Both the position numbers and the translations under genes were made by a program. Source: an uncultured candidate division Zixibacteria bacterium (GTDB lineage: Bacteria > Zixibacteria > MSB-5A5 > RBG-16-43-9). Taken from it: DNA of 64,000 bases. The notes beneath the pieces are model-generated. The model was not told the DNA's origin. It searched no databases and was given only the letters and a program-made list of their open reading frames with translations. The stretch spans positions 224,001 through 288,000 of the forward strand of contig OY970208.1 of the NCBI GenBank assembly GCA_963713865.1, written 5' to 3'. Positions within the stretch are counted from its first letter, which is position 1; each line of letters opens with the position of its first letter. Of this stretch, positions 50,520 to 60,462 are shown piece after piece.

Positions 50520-51125
50520 TTATTTAATAATATGCAACCAGTTTGTTAAAAGAAATTGAGTTCTTCCGATTAATAATGAGACCCGCGCCATTACTGTATA
50601 TCCAAAGGAAGCACCAAAGGAGATCATAATAAACCAGATCCCGACCCGAGCTACGAAACCTAATGCTCCTTTATGCTCTTTCGAAAAATAGAAATATATG
50701 ATGGTAGAAACAACCCCAATCACCATAACTATACCACCAAGAGTAGTCAAGTTTAAAAATGTGCTCCTCACTTGAGGTAAGACCATTCCGTGTAACTGTT
50801 GGATTATAGTTATCCCTGCGGTGTTCCCTACTACAAATGCTAAAGACAGCCTGGAAAGCCAGGAGATTTTAGAGATAAAACGGGTAAACATCAATACTCC
50901 CAGGATACCGGGTATTATCAAAAGATATTGACCTTCCTTGATCAATGGCGACCAGAGTTGTTGTTTGATAACCGAATGCCAGATCAAGCCCACATAATAA
51001 CCGGCAGAGATTCCAGCAAAAATATGTTCAGCTAATTTATAAAAAAGGTTATCCTTATACAAAAAACTATATAGAGATAAGGTTAGAAAAGCGGCTACTG
51101 TTACCCCGAAAAACTCCCAGCTCAT
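50520..51125 (-). CDS. Uncharacterised ~6-TM membrane protein (module gene D)
   Basis: Multiple hydrophobic helices; overlaps the upstream gene by 4 nt. Confidence 0.75.
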   Translation of the reverse strand: MSWEFFGVTVAAFLTLSLYSFLYKDNLFYKLAEHIFAGISAGYYVGLIWHSVIKQQLWSPLIKEGQYLLIIPGILGVLMFTRFISKISWLSRLSLAFVVGNTAGITIIQQLHGMVLPQVRSTFLNLTTLGGIVMVIGVVSTIIYFYFSKEHKGALGFVARVGIWFIMISFGASFGYTVMARVSLLIGRTQFLLTNWLHIIK

Positions 51126-51964
51126 TTTAATCCCCCTTTTTTCCGGGTGACGAAATACCCTATATTGCCTAAGATCACAAAAAATATGATTAAAAAATGG
51201 ATAATCGATTGAGGATCCATTCCCCGCATAGCTTTTCCATAGTTCAAAGAAAGCTTTTCATATTCAGCCGCACCTTTCATCCCTCCTAAAAGACCGACCA
51301 TCTGGTTGGTCTGTAAATAAGAATAACATTTCGGAGCCATAACCGCAGTCACCCCTGCACCCATTGGAGTCCCGAATTGAGCATTAACCAGAGAAACCCA
51401 GTAGTCCACAGTGGCATTGTCCGAGACCACAAAGATAAAATCCACATTCTTGTAATTTTTTACTCGTTGCATCAAAGGAAGACTATCTAACTTATTATTA
51501 TAAGCATCCATCGGAAAGATATCCTCAATTTTCCTGCCCATACCCAAAAGCACTGCTTGATAACCATATTTATAACCTAAATTGACATAATCGACTCCGT
51601 ATTTCTTATCATATTCCCTGGCAACATTTTTAACCACATTCTCCATCACCGAAAGTGCTCCCAAGGGGATAGTGGTAACAGTGATAACTTTAATATTTCT
51701 TCTGAAGAGATGCCTTAAAGCTGCATAAGACATCGGCTCAGTCTCAGGCAGGGTAGAAGGGTAGTAATCGAAAGTTAAAAGGACCACTGAACCCTCTTTC
51801 AGGCTCTCGACTTTATCGTACAAGTTTTTAGAAGGCTGGGTAACCCCCAAAGGCAAACCTAAGGGGAAAATGAGAGGCAGAATCACTGCTATCCCGATCA
51901 AAAGGAAGATATATCTTCTGTCTATATCTTTTAGCTGTGAAAATATTTTAAAAAAAGAGTTCAT
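51122..51964 (-). CDS. Uncharacterised membrane protein, TM / soluble domain / TM (module gene C)
   Basis: N-terminal TM, alpha/beta core (YGVDYVNLGY, GLLGGMKGAAEYE), C-terminal TM. Confidence 0.75.
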   Translation of the reverse strand: MNSFFKIFSQLKDIDRRYIFLLIGIAVILPLIFPLGLPLGVTQPSKNLYDKVESLKEGSVVLLTFDYYPSTLPETEPMSYAALRHLFRRNIKVITVTTIPLGALSVMENVVKNVAREYDKKYGVDYVNLGYKYGYQAVLLGMGRKIEDIFPMDAYNNKLDSLPLMQRVKNYKNVDFIFVVSDNATVDYWVSLVNAQFGTPMGAGVTAVMAPKCYSYLQTNQMVGLLGGMKGAAEYEKLSLNYGKAMRGMDPQSIIHFLIIFFVILGNIGYFVTRKKGGLK

Positions 51965-52066
51965 AGAATTTGGAATATAAAGCTTTAGCTTTATCCTGGT
52001 AAACCTGTCCTGGTAACGGAGATTATGTTTGGTGTAGCCACCGTAGGAAAGGTTTATACTCTAGTC

Positions 52067-52414
52067 TTATTTCTCCTTTCTGAAACTATCTAACGCTTCC
52101 TCCAGGCTCGAATAGGTTTCAAAGATCTGATACAAACGGGTTACCTCAAGTATCTTTTTCACCTCCAGACCAGGATTAGCCAGTTTTATACCACCGCCTG
52201 ACTTTTTGAATTTCTGGTTATACCCTAAAAGAGTAGATATAAAAGCAGAATAGATAAGCTCGGTCTTGGAAAAATTTATTACCACCCTGGATATACCTGA
52301 AGACTGTACTTCAGCCAGTTTATCCTCTAACTCCTTAATCTCATCCCCGGTAAGAAATTTCTCCAGAGGTTCAATTACCACTATATCCTCAAATTTATAA
52401 CTTTTTACTTTCAT
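52067..52414 (-). CDS. STAS domain protein (anti-anti-sigma factor-like)
   Basis: VVINFSKTELIYSAFISTL, GGIKLAN, ILEVTRL..IFETY.SLEEAL; ATG 52414 or GTG 52420 start. Confidence 0.85.
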   Translation of the reverse strand: MKVKSYKFEDIVVIEPLEKFLTGDEIKELEDKLAEVQSSGISRVVINFSKTELIYSAFISTLLGYNQKFKKSGGGIKLANPGLEVKKILEVTRLYQIFETYSSLEEALDSFRKEK

Positions 52415-52543
52415 CTGCACTCCGTCCCCGTAGGTCAACCAATACCGCCTTTGGTGGAATGGTTGACAATTCTGTTAAATTATACTGTAGTTGCCTATCA
52501 TTTGAAACTAAGTCTACTCTATTTCTCATATCTAAATAATTAT

Positions 52544-52822
52544 TTAACCCAATCCAAGAATTTGATTTCTTAATTTTATTAGGTCATCAGATATTGCCTC
52601 TTCAGTAGAGATATTTAAATAATATTTGTTATAGATTCTCTCTTGAAAAACAAGGGCACTTAGCGAGCAATTACATAGTATAAAATCTAAAGCTTCCTCA
52701 TATTCAAAATCATTACTCAAAAGCAATCTAAAAAGATTATCGAAAGTGAATCTATCATAGACTTCGGAGTATTCTTTTATGTATTCTCCTAAGTGTTCTG
52801 CAAAATCTTTCTTGTAATCCAT
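52544..52822 (-). CDS. Hypothetical 92-aa acidic protein in the AT-rich island
   Basis: Start overlaps the upstream stop (TAATG). Confidence 0.65.
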   Translation of the reverse strand: MDYKKDFAEHLGEYIKEYSEVYDRFTFDNLFRLLLSNDFEYEEALDFILCNCSLSALVFQERIYNKYYLNISTEEAISDDLIKLRNQILGLG

Positions 52823-53916
52823 TATTCTAAATATTTAAAATTCAGATTCAATCTAATTTTTTTAATTTGTAAATCAAGGCTAAATATGTTATTTACTTCA
52901 ATCCCAAGTGGAGTTAGATATAACTTATCATATTTACTATTAGTTTTTATTCTGTCAATTAACCCTAATTCTAAACAGAAGTTACACGTAAAATTAAGTA
53001 ATTCAAACATTGTTCTTTCTTTATAAGAAACTCCGAATAAGCTATTTACCAAATCTAATTTCTTTTGTTCAAAATCTTTAAAATTTGGTATCCATTCACC
53101 CCGAGTGACTTCAATAAATCTTAAAAACCAATAAATATTAACTTTATGAACTGTCCAAATTCCATTGGTTAATATTTTCAATAATAATCTTTTTTGCTCA
53201 TTTGTTAAATCAATTGAAGGAAGTCTTTTTGTAGTTAAATTAACGATCAAAGGATTGAAATTGCTAATATAATCCTTCCCGTTTTGAGTAATTGTATAAA
53301 AATCACCATCTGTTTCAATCATTTCAAAATCCAATGCTAATCTCAGATAACATTTGAAATTTGTCGTTTTAGGTGAGGTAAAATAATATGCTAATTTATC
53401 TACTGTTAACGCATCTTTTGAATAATCATAAAATGGTTTCATAATCTTGTTCAACCATCTTAAATAGCAAATAGTATAATTACTTGGCTTTGGTAAAGCT
53501 AAACCAAAACTTAAACTTAATCTTTCAACTGTTTTACTGTATAGATTTTTAACTTCATTAAGCGGATAAGACCTAATTAAAACATCATTTTCTTCCCCAT
53601 ATTCATCTAACAGTATTTGTAATTGTTTATCAGTTTCAGAAGCATATAAGATGCAATAATCGGTCTTAGCCCCAAAACTAATGTTTTTATAATTAAGAAC
53701 CTGATTGAAACAGTAATCTAATTTATTCTTGTTATCAAGGATAGTTTCTAGCTCTACAATAAGTTGATTCTTCTTAAAATCTTCTACTATAAAATCAATT
53801 CTTCCATAATCAGTCGTTATTTCTTGACCTCTTTTGGCTGCGATATCAAATTTCAAACATTTTCCAAGATAAACCAGATTATTTAGAAGTGTCCATTGTA
53901 CTAAAGATTCATTCAT
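52822..53916 (-). CDS. Putative endonuclease: NucS-like PD-(D/E)XK domain plus two winged-helix-like repeats
   Basis: E...GRIDFI...IVELE; DFEMIE...YTITQNG and ELGLID...LYLTPLG wing motifs; AT-rich. Confidence 0.55.
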   Translation of the reverse strand: MNESLVQWTLLNNLVYLGKCLKFDIAAKRGQEITTDYGRIDFIVEDFKKNQLIVELETILDNKNKLDYCFNQVLNYKNISFGAKTDYCILYASETDKQLQILLDEYGEENDVLIRSYPLNEVKNLYSKTVERLSLSFGLALPKPSNYTICYLRWLNKIMKPFYDYSKDALTVDKLAYYFTSPKTTNFKCYLRLALDFEMIETDGDFYTITQNGKDYISNFNPLIVNLTTKRLPSIDLTNEQKRLLLKILTNGIWTVHKVNIYWFLRFIEVTRGEWIPNFKDFEQKKLDLVNSLFGVSYKERTMFELLNFTCNFCLELGLIDRIKTNSKYDKLYLTPLGIEVNNIFSLDLQIKKIRLNLNFKYLE

Positions 53917-53919
53917 ATT

Positions 53920-54594
53920 TTATTCACCTAATATTTTATACCGCTTCAATATAAAAGGTTGGGACGTTTTAATGAGACGCCTTGGTAACTCCTCTGGGAA
54001 CATGGCCAGATGTTTCTCTTGCTTTTCGCCTGGAAAGTTCCAGTGTCCAGTAAAATATTGATTCCATTCTTCCTGGGTTAATTTCGATTGCTTTTTTATC
54101 TCATGGCTTACTTTGAGAGGTATTCCATATTTTTTGAAAACTAAAATAAACTCGTAATCCAATTTAAGAATTCCACTCCTGGGATAAGGGAACGAACCCA
54201 TTACTGTTGCACCGCCAGTTGTATGACAGGTAGTAACTTTCTGCCAGATGACAGCCCCCATATAGTCAAAACCTGCACTTTCACAAAACTTGATTATCTC
54301 AGTTCTTATTGGAATAACTTTGTATCTTCCGTAATAGACTGAACGTGCAAATTGATCTCCAATATTGATGCATAAACGACAGCCATTATGCAATACTCTG
54401 CGGCACTCATTCCAAACCAGATTAAGATTATTGATATATTCTTCATAACTGTCATTGAAACCTATCTGCTTTCCATTCCCATAATCTTTTAATTGCCAGT
54501 AGGGCGGAGATGTGATAACAAGATGAATCGACTCATCTTGAACCTCCTTCATCCACCTTGAATCACCAATAATTATCTTATGATAAGTCTTCAA
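53920..54594 (-). pseudogene. C-terminally truncated beta-class amino (N4-C/N6-A) DNA methyltransferase
   Basis: GDS, VITSPPYW and H.AMFPEELPRRLIK present; the DPFxGxG SAM-binding motif that should follow is missing; TTG 54594 follows AGAGG. Confidence 0.8.
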
Positions 54595-54664
54595 GTAATT
54601 ACCTCTACGATTTTCAAACACTAAAATCTTTCATTTTTTTCTTTTTAATTAATATCTCTTATTC

Positions 54665-55279
54665 TCACCCCATATAAGCCCTCTCGATCCCCAGGATAAT
54701 CCTCAAGGACATTGCGGCGGCGCCCAAAGCTGCTCCGATTATAATCCCTCTCTGCACTGCTAAATTAGGATAAGCCATTATCCAGTCCGCATAACTTGGA
54801 AGTTTATCCCAGAGGTATTGTCCTAAGGGTATCCTTCCTAACATAACTATCACTGAAGTAAAAAGCAGGATAGTAGCTTCTCTGGTTCTGGCTCTGAAAG
54901 CCCGATAAGCCGCAGAAGCGATGAAAAAAGCCAGGATGGAAAACATGGTTGACATCATCGGCGACTGGATATTCTGAAAAAGCCAGTCAAATGGGGTTTT
55001 CTCCTGAATTCCCCACAGTAATCCGGATATGGACATACCAAAAACAAATAACACCAGGATCAGTTTCAACCACCAGTCCTTTCCCTTCTCTGAGATAATC
55101 TTAAGATTGACCTTAAGAATACTAACTATACCTAAAAGCAAACTGATCCCGCCCACAATCGTAACCCAGGTTAAAAGGTTCTGACTGAAATTCACAATTC
55201 CAGGGTTAGCGCTGAAAAAAGCTAAAATCATAATAAACCCGGATAGAAAAGCAATTACAACTGGAAGTTGAGTTTTCAT
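54665..55279 (-). CDS. Uncharacterised ~6-TM membrane protein (module gene B)
   Basis: FSILAFFIASAAYRAFRART, AVQRGIIIGAALG...LRIILGIER; hydrophobic. Confidence 0.75.
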   Translation of the reverse strand: MKTQLPVVIAFLSGFIMILAFFSANPGIVNFSQNLLTWVTIVGGISLLLGIVSILKVNLKIISEKGKDWWLKLILVLFVFGMSISGLLWGIQEKTPFDWLFQNIQSPMMSTMFSILAFFIASAAYRAFRARTREATILLFTSVIVMLGRIPLGQYLWDKLPSYADWIMAYPNLAVQRGIIIGAALGAAAMSLRIILGIERAYMG

Positions 55280-55284
55280 AAGCT

Positions 55285-56157
55285 TTAGCGTTCTATGAAA
55301 AGTTTATAAAAAAATCCACCACCTAAATTGAAAGTTTCAAATAATGCTCCCAGGAGGATGCATATGACCAGAAAAACCTTCATCCAATCCTGCCCTTTAA
55401 GACTGCCTAACATCAAAGGCTCTTTTGAAAGATAAGAGCTTGCCGCAAAAAGCTCCTCACCCATCAGTGTATAATCACACGCTGTAATGAAAAAAGGTAA
55501 CTGGTCTGGATTAGCAGTTCCAGCTATTTGTATGGCTCCACTTGCCTGTCCTTCTTCGGCTAAGAGCAAAGACTCAGCAAAAAAAGCTCCCATATACACG
55601 ATGGTGGCTGGCTTATCCCGGTGCATAATCCCGTGAACCGCAGACACAAAAGCAAACTGCTCTCCAGCCACATATCTTACCATTTCAGGAGAATAGTCCT
55701 CCCCCTTACCCATATCCAAATAGGCTCCCTTGATCGACTCCTGCGCCGCAGCTAAAACTAAAGGGTACTGCACGGGAACAAAAAGTGGGGTATGGTATTG
55801 AGCAGTTATTTTAGCCACCTTGCTTAAGATCGAAAGTCCGGCTATGGTTTGAATGTCATCCAGCTCCTGTATGCCTGGAATAAAAATGACTGGACGTCCC
55901 ATCTCGGTTGCTCTTCCCACTCCCTCCTCCACTACTTCTAATCCAGTAATCTTGCGGACGAAGAATTCTTTCCCCTTTTTGGCATTTCGGATATATAAAA
56001 GGACAATTGTAGAAAAGACTAAAACTAAAATTAATATATTTATCCTGTCCATCCTGAGCCAGGAAATCTCTTCTGTGGGATTGGCTAAAGTAAATCCTGA
56101 AATAAAAAAGGAGAAAATCAGAATAAATAAAAAAAGGTGGACAGCTCTTTTTATCAT
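55285..56157 (-). CDS. DUF6754-like membrane protein (module gene A)
   Basis: VGRATEMGRP, QFAF, GAFFAESL, GAIQIAGT, PFFI..CDY.L.GEELFAA..YLS; family name recalled, not searched. Confidence 0.7.
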   Translation of the reverse strand: MIKRAVHLFLFILIFSFFISGFTLANPTEEISWLRMDRINILILVLVFSTIVLLYIRNAKKGKEFFVRKITGLEVVEEGVGRATEMGRPVIFIPGIQELDDIQTIAGLSILSKVAKITAQYHTPLFVPVQYPLVLAAAQESIKGAYLDMGKGEDYSPEMVRYVAGEQFAFVSAVHGIMHRDKPATIVYMGAFFAESLLLAEEGQASGAIQIAGTANPDQLPFFITACDYTLMGEELFAASSYLSKEPLMLGSLKGQDWMKVFLVICILLGALFETFNLGGGFFYKLFIER

Positions 56158-56170
56158 CTTTTTTAGTTTT

Positions 56171-57241
56171 TCAAGTGGTTAATTTGTTTTTGAGATAATC
56201 TATAACCTCAACCGGAGTAGGATCAATTCGATTGAGAATCGCCAGATAAAAGCTGGTAAAATCCCCTAATTGAATCAAAGAGAATATCCGGCACAGAAGA
56301 TCTTCACCTTCGCTTTTTATCTCTATCACCTTAACTTTCTCCTTCTCGATTATCTCCTTAACTATTTGCATCCTTCTTTGAATTCTGGGATGATCTTCTT
56401 TATCTTGTAATATAATCACAACTAACCTATCTCTTATATGTTCCAGGACTTTCCAGCCCACTAACTCATTATGGTTGAATTCCGGGAAATAATTATTAAA
56501 AGCCAGAATCTTGGAGTTCTCACACAACTGCCCTTTCCACCTGTATCCGACTGCATCGAAATAATCAGTAGAGGAGTAAATTATGGGAATTTTCTGAAAA
56601 AGATTTATAGCTAAGGTTTTAGCGGGATTTTCTCCACTTTTCCTTTCCAGCGAATACTCGTTCCTATTCTCCTCCAGGAATTTAGAAGTTTTTTCAAGCT
56701 CCTTAATCTTATCTGAGACCAGTCCTAAACGAGAAAGAGTCACCAGAATCGGGGTGAAAGAATAACCTAAAGCAGCACGGGGTGGTAAACCTTTTGGGAG
56801 CAGTATAAAGGGATAGTTAAAAGTTTTACATTCTTCCAAGAGCTTACCCCCTGAGGTGATAGCGATAATCTTGGCTTTTCTTCTTTTAGCCTCCTGGTAA
56901 GCTGAAAGGGTCTCTTCGGTATTACCTGAATAACTGGTAACGAAAATCAAACTTTTATCATTAACAAATTCTGGTAGATTATAATTTCTGCAGATCCAGA
57001 AGGGTATTTTGAGTTCTGAAGCCAGATATGATCTGGCTAAATCACCACCGATAGCAGAACCCCCCATTCCAGCCAGAGTTATGCTGCCCGGAGTAAAACT
57101 CTCCAGGTTTAAATCAGCTATAACCCCAAGCTGAGCCCCCGCTGTCAATTGAAGAGGAAAATCATAGATTAAATCATACATCCTTTTTTGATCGATCTTC
57201 TTTATATCCGCAAGATTGTCTAAATTTGGTCTGGTATTCAT
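56171..57241 (-). CDS. Bifunctional phosphoglucose/phosphomannose isomerase (SIS fold)
   Basis: GMGGSAIGG, SYSGNTEETL, PPRAA, Q.CENSK, PEFNHNE. Confidence 0.92.
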   Translation of the reverse strand: MNTRPNLDNLADIKKIDQKRMYDLIYDFPLQLTAGAQLGVIADLNLESFTPGSITLAGMGGSAIGGDLARSYLASELKIPFWICRNYNLPEFVNDKSLIFVTSYSGNTEETLSAYQEAKRRKAKIIAITSGGKLLEECKTFNYPFILLPKGLPPRAALGYSFTPILVTLSRLGLVSDKIKELEKTSKFLEENRNEYSLERKSGENPAKTLAINLFQKIPIIYSSTDYFDAVGYRWKGQLCENSKILAFNNYFPEFNHNELVGWKVLEHIRDRLVVIILQDKEDHPRIQRRMQIVKEIIEKEKVKVIEIKSEGEDLLCRIFSLIQLGDFTSFYLAILNRIDPTPVEVIDYLKNKLTT

Positions 57242-57244
57242 AAT

Positions 57245-59014
57245 TCAAACCTTTGTAGAGTTTTCCTGGTTAAACCTTCGCCGATAGTCTTCCTCTAAGA
57301 ATTTTTCAATCCGTTTGGAATCATTTAACTTCATCACCTCTTCAGCAAAATCCTTGGCTTCTCTGAATTCTATGGAGCGGATGATCTTCTTAATCTGGGG
57401 TATAGAAAGAGGTGATGCGGAAAGTTCATCTATCCCTAAACCTACCAGCAAAACTGTAGCCTTGGGATCGGCCGCTATCTCACCACATAACCCCACCCAG
57501 ATATTATTTTTATGACCGTCATCTATGGTCTTCTTTATCAATTTCAAAACCGAAGGATGAAAACTCTGATAAAGATGGGCAATTTTTTCGTTGGTTCGAT
57601 CAACCGCCAGGGTATACTGGATCAGATCATTAGTCCCGATGCTGAAGAAATCGCAGTGTTTGGCAAGGGAATCCGCCTCTAAGGCAGCAGAAGGGATCTC
57701 GATCATAATTCCAACTTTAAGATTTTCATCAAAACTAACCTCTTTAGCCTTTAATTCTTCTTTAACTTCCTCTAAAACTTTTTTTGCCTCTAGAAGCTCA
57801 TCTATTCCAGAAATCATCGGGAGCATAAGGCTAAGATTTCCTAATGGGCTGGCTTTCAGAATTGCCCGTAGCTGTGTTTTGAAAACGTCAGGTAGATCCA
57901 GGCAAGCCCGGATAGCTCTCCAGCCCAAAAATGGGTTTGCCTCATAATCTCTTTCCTGATCACGTGCGAACTTATCACCACCCATATCAAAAGTCCGAAT
58001 GATAACATTCTGAGGGTAAATCTTCTGTGCAATTGAAAAATAAGCTTGATACTGTTCTTCCTCATCCGGCAGATTAGAACTGGCTAAATATAGATATTCA
58101 GTTCTAAAAAGACCTATCCCTTTTGCTCCGTTTTCGAGTGCAGATTCCACATCTGACGGAAGTTCGATATTAGCCGAAAGCTCAATCTTTTTTTTATCCT
58201 TGGTCTCAGCCACAAGACCAGTCAGCTCTAAAAGGGTTCTACTCCTTTTAAGAAGCTTTTCCTTTTTAAACTCATAATTTTTCAAGGTTGACTGATCCGG
58301 AGAAAGGATCACTTCTCCTATATTCCCATCCAGAATCAAATTTTCACCAGATCTGACCGTAGAAAAAAGAGTTTTTAAACCCACCACAGCCGGGAAACCT
58401 AAAGATTTGGCTAAAAGCGCTACGTGAGAGGTTTTCCCACCTAAATCAGCAGTAAAACCCAGGACGCTTTCTCTCTTCATCTGAACCACGTCCCCGGGAG
58501 AAAGCGAATGAGCAACTATAACCCTCGGGGTCTTTAGAGGTTCTATGGTATGTTGTTTCAAGCCTAAAAGTCTGTTTATCACCCGGGTTGAAACCGCAGA
58601 AATGTCAGCAACTCTTTCTTTCAGGTATTCATATTTGGCTGAAGATATAACCTGGATAGTCTTTTGAATTACCCGATTATAAATAAACTCCGCATTTTTT
58701 TTCTCTTCTTTGATCTCATTGATAACCTGACGATTGATAACTTCATCCTCTAAGATCAGAAGATGAGCATCAAATATCTTCGCCTGATCCGCACCTAATT
58801 TTTTTACTATGTTCTTCTTTATCTTTACTATTTCCTTTTTAGCTTCCTGTAGGGAATTTTTGAATCGTAGAATCTCTTCTTGAACCTGGCCGGGAGGAAG
58901 CTTTTCCTCTTTAATCGTTATCTCTTCTCTATCTAAGAGATAGGCTTTGCCGATAGCAATACCCGGCGAAGCGGGTATGCCCTGCCAGACAATATTTTTT
59001 TTTGGTTTCTTCAT
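57245..59014 (-). CDS. ptsI: PTS enzyme I
   Basis: GGKTSHVA phospho-His, GIGLFRTE, EANPFLGWRA, SIGTNDLIQY, CGE. Confidence 0.97.
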   Translation of the reverse strand: MKKPKKNIVWQGIPASPGIAIGKAYLLDREEITIKEEKLPPGQVQEEILRFKNSLQEAKKEIVKIKKNIVKKLGADQAKIFDAHLLILEDEVINRQVINEIKEEKKNAEFIYNRVIQKTIQVISSAKYEYLKERVADISAVSTRVINRLLGLKQHTIEPLKTPRVIVAHSLSPGDVVQMKRESVLGFTADLGGKTSHVALLAKSLGFPAVVGLKTLFSTVRSGENLILDGNIGEVILSPDQSTLKNYEFKKEKLLKRSRTLLELTGLVAETKDKKKIELSANIELPSDVESALENGAKGIGLFRTEYLYLASSNLPDEEEQYQAYFSIAQKIYPQNVIIRTFDMGGDKFARDQERDYEANPFLGWRAIRACLDLPDVFKTQLRAILKASPLGNLSLMLPMISGIDELLEAKKVLEEVKEELKAKEVSFDENLKVGIMIEIPSAALEADSLAKHCDFFSIGTNDLIQYTLAVDRTNEKIAHLYQSFHPSVLKLIKKTIDDGHKNNIWVGLCGEIAADPKATVLLVGLGIDELSASPLSIPQIKKIIRSIEFREAKDFAEEVMKLNDSKRIEKFLEEDYRRRFNQENSTKV

Positions 59015-59038
59015 TTTTAATATTTATATTTAAATTAA

Positions 59039-59305
59039 CTATTCTTCCCCAAATTTCTCCTCGAAAAGCTTGGCGATCTCCTCCACTGCCGTTGATTCAT
59101 CTTCACCCCAGGCTTTGATAGTTATGAAGCTTCCCATCTCCGCCGCTAACATCATAACGCTCATAATGCTTTTAGCATTCACCTCATATTCGTCTTTTAC
59201 CAGCCGGATCTCAGATTTAAACTTGCCAGCTTTTTGCACCACCAAAGCCGCAGGACGGGCATGTAAGCCCAAACGGTTTACGATCTCAATTTTTTTCTCT
59301 GTCAA
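59039..59305 (-). CDS. ptsH: PTS phosphocarrier HPr
   Basis: GLHARPA (His15) and NAKSIM (Ser46); TTG 59305 gives the usual 88 aa. Confidence 0.95.
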   Translation of the reverse strand: MTEKKIEIVNRLGLHARPAALVVQKAGKFKSEIRLVKDEYEVNAKSIMSVMMLAAEMGSFITIKAWGEDESTAVEEIAKLFEEKFGEE

Positions 59306-59315
59306 CTTTATGTCC

Positions 59316-60410
59316 TTAAATCCGGATGAAGTTTTTCCCTGAAATTTGCCTGACAAACCCTTTTAATTCCAAACTCAACAAAAGCGAGAGAGTTTGTGGA
59401 GTTGAAAGTTCGCTTTCTTTAGCAAGTCGGTCGATATGAGCTGGTTCTGAAGAGAGAAGTTTATAGATTTTTTGTTCCTCATCCGAAAGGGTAGAACTTT
59501 TTTCCCTTTTTAACTCTTTTTCATCTTCACATAAAACCCCTTTAAGCTCCTCTAAGATATCTTCAGCTTTAGTAACCAGAACTGCTCCCTTCTTAATCAA
59601 CCAGTTGGTTCCCTCGCTCCCTTTGGAGCTGATATTTCCGGGAATAGCGAAGACCTCCCTCCCTTGATCCAGCGCCAATTGAGCAGTAAGAAGCGCCCCG
59701 CTTTTAATCCCTGCTTCGATGATGATCACTCCTAAGGAGAGGCCGCTTATCAGTCTGTTTCTCTTGGGGAAATTAGTACCCTCTGGTTGCGTGCCTAAAA
59801 GAAATTCTGAGATCAAAGCTCCGTTTCTCTCTATTTTATCTGCCAGTTTCTTATTCTCAGGTGGATAGATTATATCCAGACCAGAGCCGAAAACCCCGAT
59901 TGTTCTTCCGTTTGCTTCCAAGGAGTAATGATGAGAAAGAGAATCAATCCCTCGGGCAAAGCCGCTGATTATAGTAATCCTTTTCTCCGCCAACTCACTT
60001 GAAATTTTTTCTGCTATGAGTTTGCCGTAAGTAGAGGGAACCCTGGTCCCTACAATAGCTAAAGCCTTCTGATCACCTTTTTTTATCTCTCCTTTTAAGA
60101 AAAGATAAGGAGGAGGATCATAAATATTTTTTAAATTAGGAGGATATTCAGGAGATTTTATAGTGATAAATCTAATCCCATCTTTTCCTACCTTTAAACT
60201 TTGTTTCTCGGCTTCATCCCAGGAGTTGAAATTTTTGATATTCCGGGCAACTACCCTGCCTATATCTGGAATTTTTTCAAGCTCTTTCAAGCTGGCTGAA
60301 AAAACCTCCCGGGGTGAGCCAAAATAGTTTAAGAAAGAGATAAATCTCTTAGTCCCCACCTCCGGAACCAAAGACAATCCAATCCAATCTCTAATCTCAG
60401 AAATCTCCAT
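59316..60410 (-). CDS. dprA: DNA-processing protein DprA
   Basis: YP..LK.I.DPP, AIVGTR, SGFARGID, FPKRNRLISGLS, C-terminal winged helix. Confidence 0.95.
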   Translation of the reverse strand: MEISEIRDWIGLSLVPEVGTKRFISFLNYFGSPREVFSASLKELEKIPDIGRVVARNIKNFNSWDEAEKQSLKVGKDGIRFITIKSPEYPPNLKNIYDPPPYLFLKGEIKKGDQKALAIVGTRVPSTYGKLIAEKISSELAEKRITIISGFARGIDSLSHHYSLEANGRTIGVFGSGLDIIYPPENKKLADKIERNGALISEFLLGTQPEGTNFPKRNRLISGLSLGVIIIEAGIKSGALLTAQLALDQGREVFAIPGNISSKGSEGTNWLIKKGAVLVTKAEDILEELKGVLCEDEKELKREKSSTLSDEEQKIYKLLSSEPAHIDRLAKESELSTPQTLSLLLSLELKGFVRQISGKNFIRI

Positions 60411-60462
60411 TCTCTATCTTCCTTTTTTCTTTCCTGCTACCTGCTTCCTGCTAAAAAGCTGA

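Noticed and set aside
52463-52486. Plus-strand TTGACA...TATACT promoter
   Set aside because: The spacer is only 12 nt, and the TTGAC is one arm of a REP hairpin.
59306-59356. Extended HPr overlapping dprA (likewise extended FolE 63705-63779 overlapping ftsH)
   Set aside because: Longest-ORF artefacts; downstream starts give family-typical lengths.
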